A stretch of DNA of 64,000 bases, from positions 27,183,972 to 27,247,971 of the forward strand of contig NC_057711.1 of NCBI RefSeq assembly GCF_004010195.1, given 5' to 3'. Origin of the DNA: Chiloscyllium plagiosum. Lineage: Eukaryota. This document shows, piece by piece, positions 1-12,400 of this stretch. Every line of letters starts with the position of its first letter. Within the stretch, counting starts at the first letter, position 1. The notes under the pieces were generated by a model, which had not been told where the DNA came from, made no database searches, and saw only the letters and a list, made by a program, of their open reading frames with translations. The position numbers were made by a program, and so were the translations under genes.

Positions 1-182
1 ATGTGCAGGTTAGGTGAATTGGCTATGCTAAACTGTCCATAGTGTTCAGGGATGTATAGCTCAGGTGCATTACTGAGGAGTAAATATAGAGTAGGAAGAA
101 TGAGTCTGGGTAGGTTACTCTTCAGAGAGTCGGTATGGACTTGTTGGGCTGAAGGGCCCATTTCCACACTGTAGGGATTCGA
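1..182 (+). mobile_element. HE1-type (V-SINE) shark SINE, 3' part
   Basis: gtgcaggttaggtgaattggc.atgctaaa.tg.ccatagtgt core and tttccacactgtagggattc tail. Confidence 0.8.
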
Positions 183-1808
183 TGTAGCCACCCATCTATT
201 TGGCTATCTGATGTGTGCCTGGAGTCTTTGTACCATAGGAGACTGCCAAATTGTTAATGGTGGAGTGTCACAGGAACTAAGAACAATAGACAGTTTTAAT
301 TCCAATATCTTGATCCCAACACCTGGGTGCACTATAGCTGGTGAGATTCCAATGGCGGTTTTGAAGAAAATGGCTACTTAAGTTGCAGCCGCTAGGATTC
401 CCATCCAGTTAAAGTTGGTGACTGGAACCCTACTCTTGAGGGGCTACAGGGGGCTAACAGTCTCACCATCAGTGGCGGGCACTGCTGAAGTACATCATGA
501 GATGTGAGGGTGCCTCCAGTCCCCATCACTGGACACAAATAACAATTAAAATGGTTCAGAATCAGCCGCTGGTGCAGCCTCATTTAGCAATAGGCAGTTC
601 TTGCTGCCATTCCTTGGTGTGGCATTTACCCCGTTGGATAGAGCTCCAGATTCCGACAATTACTCAGTACGGCACAGGGACGCCATGACTGTTTCATGGA
701 CAGCTCCTGACTTGATGGGTACCAAATGGACGACCAGAAAATCTAGATGGTGTCAGAACAGCGCCTTTAATCAAAACCTCATGGTATTTGAAGAGAATAA
801 TCGATCAGATTATCAGTACTGGCAACACCGTATCCCCAGTAGAATCTTGTGGAGGCAAGAATATGGTACAGATTTGGCCTGATTAGATTTCATTCCTGTT
901 CGCCAACAAAAAAAAAAACCACCTCCATGAGCTTTTGAAAATTCTGCATCAAGTCTGCAATTACTTTATGGAAACGGTTTGCGTGATGAGATAAATAATG
1001 ACTCAGCACTTTGACATAAATGTACGCAAAAGTAAATTTAGGTGAAAATTCTGATTGCGTACCAGAACTTCAATGAGAACATGCCAAATGAAATATGGCT
1101 CACTGACCAAAAAAAAGTGTAATTCAGTATCTTCTGAGCACTAGAACTAAACTGCAGCAATAATGAAGTTCATTTTTTTAATGAAAGTAAGTGGTGAGAA
1201 ATGGTAAGCAACACCAATTTAAACAGGACTAGATTTTATATCCACGTTAAACAGTGGCTGACATTACTTGGTATTATGTGGGACATTCAGAGATAGGTCT
1301 ATCTGACTTAGTGGTGCAACATTAAAGAAATATTTCCAGTTTATGTTTACATGCTTCCATAGCGTCTGCTCTGTGGGAATAAATCAAAGTATCATTGGAA
1401 TTAGAATAATGTTGAATTTGGCTACACTTATCTGTGAGAGCAGACTGTTTGAGGAGATAAACTGGAAACTAGTTGAGAAACTGCAAACTTTAATGGCATT
1501 CACTGTGCCTTGGGGAAAAATATAAACTTTGTGAAAGTGGGCAATGAAGGAATAAGGATAAGGAAAGAAGGTTAATTACATCAAATTATATAGAGTTGAT
1601 GTGGGAAAGTAGCATTGAGGAGATGGTCAGTCATGATCTACTCCTATTCCTAAATTTGTACACTGGATTGGATTGCTCTGGTAACAGTCATCCCATGGGC
1701 TTCTTCTGAGCCCATATTAATTAGCAGCTATCTCCTCTCCTGTGTCATTGGTGACCTGGGTGTGTACAGATAGCAAGGAAAGATGGAAACATGATGTGTA
1801 CAAATTAA

Positions 1809-2043
1809 GGGTTGAGAGTGTGGTGCTGGAAAACCACAGCAGGTCAGGCAGCATCTGAGGAGCAGGAGAATCGCTGTTTACGACATAAGCTCTTCATCAG
1901 GAATCAGGCCTCATTCTTGATGAAGGGCTTATGCTCAAAACAATGATTCTCCTGCTCCTCAGATGCTGCCTGACCTGCTGTGCTTTTCCAGCACCACACT
2001 CTCGTCTCTGATCTCCAGCATCTGCAGTCCTCACCTCCTATTA
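1809..2043. mobile_element. Penelope-like short element family A, inverted pair, TSD gtgtacaaattaa (1796-1808 / 2044-2056)
   Basis: gtggtgctggaaaa.cacagcaggtcaggcagcatc arm plus its reverse complement. Decayed hammerhead cores at the centre. Confidence 0.82.
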
Positions 2044-2194
2044 GTGTACAAATTAAACCTGATAGGAACAGATCTGAACTTTATTGTGCAGAGTTGAGGT
2101 ATCCCTTTAGATCTGGTGCCAATATATCTTTGAAAGAGGTAAGGTGCCCTTTGGAATCACCAAAAGTAGGCATGAGTGCCTGTCAAAGTACATT

Positions 2195-2512
2195 AAAAAG
2201 TTGGAACGCGTCATCTTCCACCTCAGAACACTTCAACCCCATGGCATCAATGTGGATTTCACCAGTTTTCTCATTTCCCCTTCCCCCACCTCACCCCAGC
2301 TCCAACCTTCCAGTTTAGCACCGCCCTCATGACCTATCCTACCTGCCTATCTTCCTTTTCACCTCAGGTACCTTGCCTCTATTCCTGATGACGGGCTTTT
2401 GCCCGAAACGTAGATTTTCCTGCTCCCCGGATGCCGCCTGACCTGCTGTGCTTTTCCAGCACCACTGTCATCTAGACTCTGGTTTCCAGCATCTGCAGTC
2501 CTTGTTTTTACC
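2195..2512 (+). mobile_element. Penelope-like element 3' end: GIY-YIG C-terminus remnant, hammerhead motif (2385-2411) and family A terminal repeat
   Basis: Translation LERVIFHLRTLQPHGINVDFTSF resembles the PLE ORF end, followed by CTGATGAcgggcttttgcccGAAAcgta. This links family A to Penelope. Confidence 0.8.
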
Positions 2513-3927
2513 GTATTGGAACTGCCAAAGTGTCAAAATTTACCTTCACCTTCACACATTGAATGCATTGTCTGAGCTGAGATGACACCGATTATTAGAT
2601 AAATTGATGCCACCTTGACAATGTGAGCCTGGGATTTAAAGAACCTATTAAAGAACCTAAGCCACCATATCCCATTCTAAAAGATGAAAGACTGAATTTA
2701 AATTTGTTTAAGAACTATAATCTGGTGTTGTGTGATTTTTTTTTAACTAAAGTTGTTTAATATATCATTACAACTCCATGACACTGTAACCCTCAGCTCG
2801 TGCTTCCAAATAAACCTGTTGGACTATAACTTGGTATTGTGTGATTTTTAACTTTAAAAGTGTCAAAAGTAAGTATCGAAAGGACCTTTCAAGGGGAACT
2901 GTCAAAAGTCTCAAAATAAACTGTTAAAAGCACTTTCAAAGAGAAATTGTCAAGAATAATCGTCAAATTGAGGTGTCATGACTTCAAGGCATTTAAGAAA
3001 CCTGCCTATTAGATCTTTAAGGTGTTTAAGGTTAGATATTTAAGGTCTTCAAAAGAAAAATCATTGCTTGCTAAACTATCAATATGGAAAGCAATCTGGG
3101 TTAGATTAAGATAAATAAAGCAGCCTGAAATTTTGTAAACACAGTCTTGGTCATTTTTGTGCAGATCTGGTTGAATTAATACTGAATGAGTAAAATGTTG
3201 GGGGGTGGGGGGTTCACCATTTTGGAATGAGATGTTTGCCTATGCATCCACTGAACTTTCATTTATCTAACACTCTCTCTCCTTGTTCAATAACAAAGCA
3301 CATGGCCACCTCCATCATTCATTAATGCCATTAAATCATCCAACTTTTTCATATCCTTCACGAACCTTTTCAAGAAATCATAGGGAGTTAAAACAATAAA
3401 GGACTTTGTTTCACCAGTACCAGTGCAGAGAGAATAACAAACTTTAAATTACTGTTCTCAGAGGGGATTTTACAAAGTTGTGAAATGAGGGATTTTTCTT
3501 CAAAACTGTAAAACATTTATTGGCCAATTGAGATACTTCATGATGCTAAAATTATAACATTTTCATTTTCACTATCTTACCATGAAATTAATACCCATAG
3601 AACACAAAGGTCATGATTTAACAACATATTTCAACAACTGTCCTTTAAATACTTAGAACTTTAAGCAGTTTGAGTTTTTAAGCATTTTGTATTAACCAGC
3701 ACTGTTTCTTATTTATTAGACAAATTCTAAAAAAAATTACAAACAGTCGTGCATTTTAAATTTTCAAATGTACAAAGATACAATTAGTTGCATTAGGATA
3801 TGCAAACCAAATGTCACTGCACAATATAGGTCATTGTTATAGATTAAACAAGTGTTCATTGCCAAATGATTAATTCAAAGCCTATAACACAACTGCACAA
3901 AGTAAACATTGCACAGAAACAGCTTAC

Positions 3928-4069
3928 CCATGGTTCTGCTGTGTTGCATTGTAACGATGTTTGGATTTACTGAAGGTGATGAAGAATAAGCTGATGATGG
4001 TGAGAAGGGCCTTTGCAAATAACTCATTGGACTGCTGCTATCAGTGCGAGAATTTCCATTCACCACCAT
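3928..4069 (-). CDS. SORBS2: SORBS2 exon, 142 nt, phase 0-1: MVVNGNSRTDSSSPMSYLQRPFSPSSAYSSSPSVNPNIVTMQHSRTM
   Basis: ttgttcttgatgtatacAG acceptor, ATGG|GTaagc donor. Matches recalled SORBS2 VNGNS...SPMSYYQRPFSPSAY...IVMQH. The SoHo and SH3 exons would lie downstream, outside the window. Confidence 0.93.
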
Positions 4070-6029
4070 CTGTATACATCAAGAACAAAGCAGACCATTA
4101 TCAGTACCCAGTAATGAACTGATGCCACTTTATTAAGGTGGGAGGATGCAAGACTTCGTCACCCACGAGAGGGAACAGTGGTGATGTGATTAGTACGTAC
4201 AGAAACATACACAGGTCACTAGTGTGAGAGTAGAATGCCATCTTATATCAAGATTGCTAATGTGAATTTACAGTGAGCTTTCCTCCAAAGCATTCCAACT
4301 TTCCAGACAAATGCTTTCACACACTACTGCAATCTTCCAGGCAGGGATACCGCTCCTATCATCCAATACCCCCAACCCCACATTAGTTTAGTTTCACTGT
4401 ATTATGGATTCTGACAATGCTAACACAATGGTTATCCCCAAATGAGGGAATATTAGTTCCAATGAAAATAAAACTAAATGTATTTTTTGTAACCTCATGC
4501 AGTCAGTGCTTCAATATCTACAATACAAAACAAAACATGAGTTAGAATAGGATAAATGATGAAAGTGATTAGAATTTGGTAAAACACATTTTCTTGGGGA
4601 TCTGGTTTAGCTAATAATGTCTGGGGTTTTATCCATTTTTGGAAAAGGTGTTGGAGCATTTGCCCACATTTGCTAAACACTCTCTCTCCTGATTCTATAT
4701 TAAAGCACATGAACCTTCAGCAGTCCTGCCACCAACAGTCCCTAACACTATTAAACTATGTGACGCCTTCATTTCCTTTTGTTCATTAAGAAATCTCATG
4801 GATTTTAAGAAAAAGGAATCAGCTTCATTAATATCAGCACAGAATCTCTAACAAATTCAAAATTAATGTTCCCAGTAATGCTATGAAATTAAGGTTTAAG
4901 AGAAAAGTTCTGAGTCCAACTATCTGCAGAATGGTTGAAGCATTGAACCTGTATCTGGATCTCTTTTGAATTTTTCCTGCACCTATATAAGCAATGTGAA
5001 TCTACACACAGCCGTGTTCAAAAGATCTTCAAACGCAATGTAATTGTGGTAAAGCTGAAAGGTTCCATAGAAATATGACTCAGTCGTGCACTCAGCGATG
5101 TTACTGACCATATGAACTTTACAGTAAGCACAGATATTGTTAAACTTATTTTTAAAATACATTTCCTTTGTAGCAAGACAAACCAAGGGAGGATTTTCAG
5201 TTCCCTGAATAAACTCCAGAAGGTGTTAGTTTCAAACATACAATAGAAAGAGAATTATGAAATTGATGAAGTGAAAATAAGATGAGAAGAGGAAAGGTTA
5301 GTTCAATTCTAATTTATTCCACTCAACAAATCATTGTGCAAATGGAAATATACACCTTCCACAGCAGTTCTATTTGCACTTAAAGCACTCACGAGAACAG
5401 ATTTTGATAACTGGCAAAAGATCCAATATTTTTTGATTTATGTTAACTAACATTGCAACCTTTCATTGTAAGTTCATAGTTTGAAAAGGTCTTGATAAAT
5501 TGATTATAGTTGCCCTTCTCATGCTGATCGTGGCTATTTTAAAGGTTCTGATGGAAAATAATGGTTATCACGCATATTCTAACTATTCATAGTGACACTT
5601 AAAAAGCCTTTCAGTCTTAACTTGAATTGGATTTTTAATGTCTTTAATCATGTGCCCAAAGCATCAGAAATGGACAAAAGTTACATGGTATAAATTCAAA
5701 AGAACTTGACAAATTCCTAACATTGGCAAATATTTTAATTGGTCCACTTTGTTCCTAATTTGGAACTACTGGGAAGACGGATGCCTCACAGTCAAGTGAA
5801 TAAACCAGACCAACAAAAAAAAGATATCCATATTTGCTAATTGACAAACTGTTAGTAGGTAGCAGTGGTTGCAACTGGTACAAGTGGGAATTAAGTAAAT
5901 TATGTGGCAAATAACAAGACACGATACAGAACATGCGGACACCTTGAATGAGGGATTCTTGTTATGTTATTCCCTACTTGAATTCTGCCACCTCTTTCAG
6001 CAAGGTGGGTTAACAGGAAGGGTAATTAC

Positions 6030-6497
6030 ATGAGTGGGAGCAGTAGTGGTGGTAGTTGTATCATCAGTTATTGCAGACATCCGACTCAGGGTTGGGGATG
6101 GAGTGTCAGAATGATCCGTGGTTTCGTAGCCACAGGTTTGCAGCTCATCTAGAATGGCCGTGGATGACTCACTCAGGTTGCAAGACGAATATTCACTCAG
6201 AGTGGAGTCAGTAACAAACGAAGATGCTTCATTCGGGTTTGTGAAAAGATTCGAGTTCAGGGAAAGAAGATTGTAAGATGACAGGGTAGGGTAACGGGCT
6301 TTCAGGAGGTGGGAAGGGATGAAGTCATCGAAGGTTGGCAAGGTAGCTGGCTCTCGCTCCACACCATAGCAAGGCGAGAGAAGAGTCCTGTTAGTAGGTA
6401 GCAGAGGAAGAGGTGAAGCAACGTCTGGTGTGATTTGCCAGCATCCTTGTGATGTATTAATCTTGGATGCCATTTTCTCTTCTGACTGACTTTCAGG
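6030..6497 (-). CDS. SORBS2: SORBS2 cassette exon, 468 nt, phase 0-0 (PESQSEEK...LPTFDDFIPSHLLK...TAPTH)
   Basis: ttctccctccttcAG acceptor, CAT|GTaatt donor, 156 open codons, CpG-enriched. Contains a SORBS1-like DDFIP motif. Confidence 0.8.
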
Positions 6498-6751
6498 CTG
6501 AAGGAGGGAGAATATTATAGGGGTAAACATAAAACAGGTTATTAAATGTTGGGGACAATTAAGCAAACAGTCTTCCAAACAACGTCTTCAGTTAATTCTC
6601 AAATTCCCATTGAATGTAGGATGTAGTAAAACAAAGTAAGAACATTGCTTCCCTCTGTGCCTCAATTATGTTGTTAATGGTGATTATCACAGAATTTGCA
6701 TTTAAATTTGATAATACACTTCTGAGCTGTTTCCAAAGTACAAAGGAACTA

Positions 6752-6968
6752 GGTTAAAAATCTCAACACCAGATTATAGTCCAACAGGTTTATTTGGAAG
6801 CACTAGCTTTCGGAGCACTGCTCCTTTATCAGGTGATTCATTAGGCAACCACCTGATGAAGGAGCTGAGCTCCAAAAGCTCGTGCTTCCAATTAAACCTG
6901 TTGGACTATAACCCTGGTGTTGTGAGATTTTTAACTTTGTACACCCCAGTCCAGCACCTGCATCTCCA
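6752..6968. mobile_element. Penelope-like family B inverted pair, TSD caaaggaacta
   Basis: acaccag.ttatagtccaacaggttt arm plus its inverse. Each hammerhead core has one mutation (CTGATAA; AAAA). Family B scraps also at 2712-2855. Confidence 0.8.
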
Positions 6969-7319
6969 AAGGAACTAATAATTGAGCTCCTCACACTGTA
7001 CTGATACCTAAAGGTTTGATTCAGATTAGTAGTCAGCAGCTCCTCACTGGGGACCACTCTCAAGCTTCTTCTTCACATGTTAATATCACAGTTCAGCACA
7101 GACAGGGAACAGGCCACAAATCCATTAAAATGTGCACCAACATATTTCCCGTGTATTAAAGCAGACATTTGATGCAGTGAAAATTAAAACAAAAATACAA
7201 GTTCACAAATTGGTGCCCTTTCCATGGCAACACCTCTACCAATCAGAGTCTTCTAACTAACCAATCAGCACTCTCCTCATTCAGTCTAAATGCTGTTTTC
7301 CCTTCGTGGTGAATTGCCT

Positions 7320-7920
7320 TTTATTCAGAGATTACGGACATCGTTGGCTGCTGCCCATCCCTAATTGTTCTCAAACTAAGTGACTTGTTAGGCTTCTGCT
7401 TCCAGGACCCTTCTCTAAAAGGAACGTAGATCTGTGGAATTCACTCACCCAGAGTGTGCTGGATACTGGAACATTCAGTAACTTCAAGGAGACGAGTCAC
7501 CGATTTCTAATTCCTAATGGGTTGAAGAGTTATGGAGAGGGAGCAGGAAAGTGGAATTGAGGCTGAGGTGAGATCAGCCATGATCGTATTAAATGGCAGA
7601 GCAGGCTCGAGGGGCTGATTTGCCTACTGCTGCTCCTGGTTTCTATGTTCTTATGTTCGTAGTTCTGAGGGCAGTTAAGAGCACATTAGTTTAATTCAGG
7701 AGTCACACATAAGCCAGGCCAGGGAAGGATGGTAGATTTCCTTCAGAAGAGGGCATTAGTTTTACGACAATTACTGTGGTTACCTGATCAGTGTTAGCCG
7801 AGCATTTGATTCAAGATTTTTACTGATTTTAGATTTCTTTGCAATGGTGGAACAGTGGTCCCAGAACATTAGAGCAGGGCAATTAGTGCAGAGACATGAC
7901 CATCATGCTATTGCTTCTCC
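7320..7920 (-). mobile_element. tRNA-head SINE with Zenon-like tail, interrupted by a + strand CR1 3' end (about 7425-7655)
   Basis: Reverse complement of the 31630-31990 family. The insert ends in ttctatgttcttatgtt. Confidence 0.65.
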
Positions 7921-8214
7921 AAGACAAAAACGCTTTGACAAAAAGTGACTTTTTCCATTAAGTTCAAAAATACTTAATTGAATCAAATTTTGCTTTTGCA
8001 GAATATATGATTAGAACCTCCAAGGTATTAAAGCTAAGAATTTTACTGCAAGCCTCAATAACTCTAATTTTATAAAATCTATTAACATTTATACCATAGA
8101 AAATTGAAAACTTATTCAACCAAATACCTGGAATACATTTTTACAAGAAAAGTGTGGTTTCTTGCAAGGATAAAATTTCTTCTCCACAATGCAATTAAAG
8201 CCTATTTTTAAGAC

Positions 8215-8400
8215 TGGTGGAGTGAATGTGGAGAGTTAGCATTTCGAGTCCAGTGAAAATTCTCCAGTTCTGAAAATGGGTGTTGGACCCAAAATGTGAA
8301 CTGTGTTTTCCCTCTGCAGGTGCTGCCAGACCTGCTGAGTTTCTTCAGCAATTTCTGTTCTATTTGTTTCAGATCTCCAGCATCCACAGATCTTCATTCA
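8215..8400. mobile_element. Penelope-like family D fragment (further copies near 12025-12120, 15525-15690, 21475-21665, 27235-27320, 27700-27790, 31490-31565, 60984-61180)
   Basis: Recurrent ctccacagatgctgccagacctgctgagtttctccagcaatttctg...tcagatttccagcatc unit, often with an inverted arm and a decayed CTGA.GA...GAAA core. Confidence 0.6.
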
Positions 8401-9089
8401 ATTTCAGTGAATGAGTTCTTTGAGATCAGCAGCAGATTCTGTACCAGTGTCAATACTTGTGAAAATATAATAATTTGTGAATATAGTTTTGTCTAACTTG
8501 TCAAAGTTGAACAAAATTTAGACAAATTGTTGTTTTTCAGACTCATTACAGCAATCTCCAAAAATAAAGGGACATTTCAAAGTCATACAGCTTTCAAAGA
8601 TTGATTTAAAACTTATTCCTTTTAGAGATTTTTTTCCATCACCATAACTACTGCTGGTGTAATAACTAGTACTAAAGTGAGAAATTTAACTTACATCACC
8701 AATGCCAGAAATCTCCTTCAAATAAAAGTACAGAATCTCATTTTAAAATTGCTCAACCTGGGAAATTTTAATTAAATAAAGGAGTTTAAAATTAAAACAA
8801 GTCAAAGGCAAAAGTAAAAAGTGCAGAAGGTCAAGCAACAATTTCCAGAGCACTGTTTTATTCTTTGTTCATTTTTAGGTCAGGCCAGGAACTCTTAACG
8901 ATGCCTAATTGCCCTGCTATGGAGTAGCTTGCCACGCCATTTCAGGGGACAATTTCAGAGTCAGCCACATTGCTGTGGATCTGGAGCCACACGTAGGCCA
9001 GAATAGGTAAGGATCTAGGAGAAAGAGAGGACTGCTGGAGATTCACTAATATTTTTCAGTGAAGGAAATCTGCCATTCATTCCTATTCT

Positions 9090-9243
9090 TGAGTGTGGTG
9101 CTAGAAAAGCACAGCCGGTCAGGCAGCATCCAAGGAGCAGGAGAGTCAATGTTTTGGGCATTGCATTCCTGATGAAGGGTTTCTGCCCAAAGCGTTGACT
9201 CTCCTGCTCCTCAGATGCTGCCTGACCTGCTATGCTTTTCCAC
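9090..9243. mobile_element. Penelope-like family A inverted pair
   Basis: Same arms as 1809-2043. Also sits between pieces of a SINE (8865-9075, 10140-10330). Confidence 0.78.
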
Positions 9244-9244
9244 A

Positions 9245-10138
9245 GGTATGAGAATAGGTATGAATGGTAGGCTTATTCCCCATGGTAGGCTTATGCGGAA
9301 AGTCAGGAGGCATGGGATAGAGGGAAATTTGGCCAGTTGGATAGAAAACCGGCTAACCGGTCGAAATCAGAGAGTGGTGGTAGATGGTAAATATTCAGCC
9401 TGGCGCCCAGTTACAAGTGGAGTTCCGCAGGGATCAGTTCTGGATCCTCTGCTGTTTGTAATTTTTATTAATGACTTGGAAGAGAGATTCGAAGGGTGGG
9501 TCAGTAAATTTGCAGATGATACAAAGATTGGTGGAGTTGTGGATAGTGAGGAGGGCTGTTGTCGGCTGCAAAGAGACTTAGATATAATGCAGAGCTGGGC
9601 TGAGGAGTGGCAGATGGAGTTCAACCCTGTCAAGTGTGAGGTTGTCCATTTTGGAAGGACAAATAAGAATGTGGAATACAGGGTTAACGGTAGGGTTCTT
9701 AGTGAGGTGGAGGAACAGAGGGATCTTGGGGTCTATGTTCATAGATCTTTAAAAGTTGCCACTCAGGTGGATAGAGCTTGTAAGAAGGCCTATGAAGTAT
9801 TAGCGTTCATTAGCAGAGGGATTCAAGAGTCGTGAAGTGATGTTGCAACTCTACNNNNNNNNNTTTCCCTGGGTACAACAGAGTGTTACAAGGGGACATA
9901 AATTTAAGGTGAAGGGTGGAAGGTATGGGGGGATGTCAGGGGTAGGTTCTTTACACAGAGAGTGGTGGGAGCATGGAATGCGCTGCCTGTGGGAGTGGCA
10001 GAGTCAGAATCATTGGCAACCTTTTAGCGGCAATTGTATAGGTACATGGATAGGTGCTTAAGCTAGGACAAATGTTCGGCACAACATCATGGGCCGAAGG
10101 GCCTGTTCTGTGCTGTATTGTTCTATGTTCTATGTTCT
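9245..10138 (+). mobile_element. CR1/HER1 LINE 3' fragment (reverse transcriptase), with a 9-N gap
   Basis: ORF 9215..9835 contains SGVPQGSVL..LF.IFINDL...SKFADDTK. Ends in a (ttctatg)n tail. Confidence 0.93.
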
Positions 10139-10854
10139 AATGGCAGATTTCCTTCACTGAAAAACATTAGTGAATCAATCAATGGCCATTCCATGATGCC
10201 AACACTGAAACTAGTTTTATATTCCAGATTTATTAAGTGATTTTAAATTCCACCAGGTGAAATTTGAACCTGTGACCACAGAGCATGCGTCCAGGCCTTT
10301 AGGTTACTTGCCTAATGATGCTGTCCCTTTGCCACAGTCAGAAAAGCCAAAAGGGAAAGGTTTTGGAAAGGTAAAAACTGAAAGATTTGGCAGGGCAGAG
10401 AAGCTTTTATCATTGTTTCTAGATATTATAGGAGGTCAGTGGAGGCAAGCTGGGAAATACCACTGAAGCCTGATATGAAGGTAGAATGCGGTAAGATAAT
10501 CAAATTTGGCAGAAGTCAGCAGGTGTGCAATTAATAGACTAAGGGAAAGGGAGCCAGAGGAGACTTATGGGACAATGGCAATGCTCAATTGGAACTGTTG
10601 ACGAGATGGATGGAGGAAGCAAACTTCTGAATGAGCCAGTGCAGTGACACTAAGGATAGCATTCTAAAAGTCCCAAGGAGGTCAGAAAGTGCTTCACAAA
10701 TAATTATATATCTTGAAATATAGCCACTGTTACAGCATGTACCTACACACAGAAAAGGACCTAGATAAATGACCAAATAGATTTGTTTGATGATACTGGT
10801 TATGAATGCTGGGCAGGACACTAAGAGACCTCCCTTCTATCAAATTCTATCAAA

Positions 10855-11770
10855 ATAGGTTTCGCTGCGGCAGGATTAATGGGACTAATACTTTAAAATA
10901 GTAACTTGTTTAAAAATCGAGGCTCACTACCTGACAGTATTGTGCAACTTGCTCCTACATCTGACTTGAATTTTATGAGATGCCCATTGACATAAATCTT
11001 TCTGAGTCAAAATGTTTGGTCTGGGTTACTGATTTGCTATTGGAAAACTATGGGTTTATTGGATTATGCTGTACCTGATTTATGTCTTTGTGTGGGCAGT
11101 TATTTGGTCTTTTGTTTTTCTGTGGCTGTCCTCTACTTCAGCATATTTTCTGAAAGTGAACTATTTGCTTGCAAAGAAAGCCTACAGTTTTACTAGCTGG
11201 GGACTGTCCATGCCTGTGAGGTTTCTTTCCTCCACAACATTGACAAGACTTTAGTGTTTGATAGCTAACAAACTAAACCTATCTCCAGGTTGTAGAACTT
11301 ATACAAGTTTCTGGGCTGTCAGAACTTAAAAGGAATCCAGACCCTCACAAAGGATGCTCAGGTTAAGACGAAAATCTTAAAACCTTTTAGGCAGCACATG
11401 AAAGAAAACTGGAAAGAGTCAGTTAAATAAGAAATTAAAGAGATAAGGTAAGAGTGATATTTCTCTGCGATTGAGTTGCTGAAAGACATATTGCTGGTAA
11501 ACAGGTTGAATCTGTGTTTTTGCTGTTCATGTTACAATCTTTTAGAATTGACTAACATATACATAGCTATATATAGCTTTGCTTGTTTTCTTTTCTTTTG
11601 TAAAGTAAATTTGTGTTATTTAGTTAAAAGAAAACTGGCAACCTTGAGTGAATATGTTCAGTGACAGACTACCATGATAATGGACCACACTTATAAAACT
11701 CATTAGCTAACAAGTCAAGTTTTATTCTGGATCTGTCTGCTCTAGTATGGCCAACACCGGGTTCTGTCTA
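10855..11770 (+). mobile_element. Possible degenerate solo LTR
   Basis: Composition and 3' region resemble the LTR-like blocks at 28694 and 61569. Termini not clearly seen. Confidence 0.3.
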
Positions 11771-11774
11771 AGCA

Positions 11775-11882
11775 CCCTATGATCTGTATGTCCTTGTTTG
11801 CTATGATCTGCCTGTACCTCTCACAAAACAAAGCTTTTCACTGTACTTAGGTACATGTTACTACAATAAATCAAATCAAATA
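11775..11882 (+). mobile_element. L2-type LINE 3' tail
   Basis: aaagcttttcactgtacttaggtacatgt...caataaa(tcaaa)n. Confidence 0.65.
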
Positions 11883-12209
11883 ACAATATTTCATTTTTTT
11901 TTTACATGAACCTTTCTAGTGCCTTGGGATGTATCACTTTATTAAATGCAGATTGTTGCTGTAAATGCAGAGCCTGGGGTGACCACTGGTTTATAGCCAT
12001 GAACAAGCCCTCAATTCTGAAAGCTTGAGAAAGAGTCTGATCAAACTCAAAATACTAACTCTGCTTCTCCTTTCACAGATACTGCCAGAACTGCTAGGCT
12101 TCTCCAGCATTTCTGCTTTTACCTCAATCCTCTCCTGACCTTAATAGTACTCTCTAGATAAATTTGGTAGATGAAAGCTGATCAAACTATTTAGTCCTTC
12201 ACTTGACCT

Positions 12210-12400
12210 TAAGATATAGGAATAACATTAGGCTATCTCCATCATTTGATCATAGCTAATATGTTTCTCAACTCCTCTCTTCTGTCTTCTCCCCATGACC
12301 AATAATCCCCTTACCAATCAAGAATCTAGATATCCTTATCTTCAATAAACTCAGTCACTTGCCCACCACAGCCTTTTGCGGCAATGAATCTCACAGAGAG
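12210..12400 (-). mobile_element. CR1 3' end fragment (similar piece at about 14705-14810)
   Basis: Reverse complement of the CR1 3'UTR (ccccttaccaatcaagaa.cta). Confidence 0.65.

Noticed and set aside
2860-3050. Loose tgtcaaaag/tttcaa repeats
   Set aside because: Too degenerate to define a unit; likely the interior of an old repeat.
4983-5239. Two short minus-strand ORFs in non-repeat sequence
   Set aside because: No convincing phase-0 acceptor/donor pair and no SORBS-like peptide. May be regulatory but cannot be supported.
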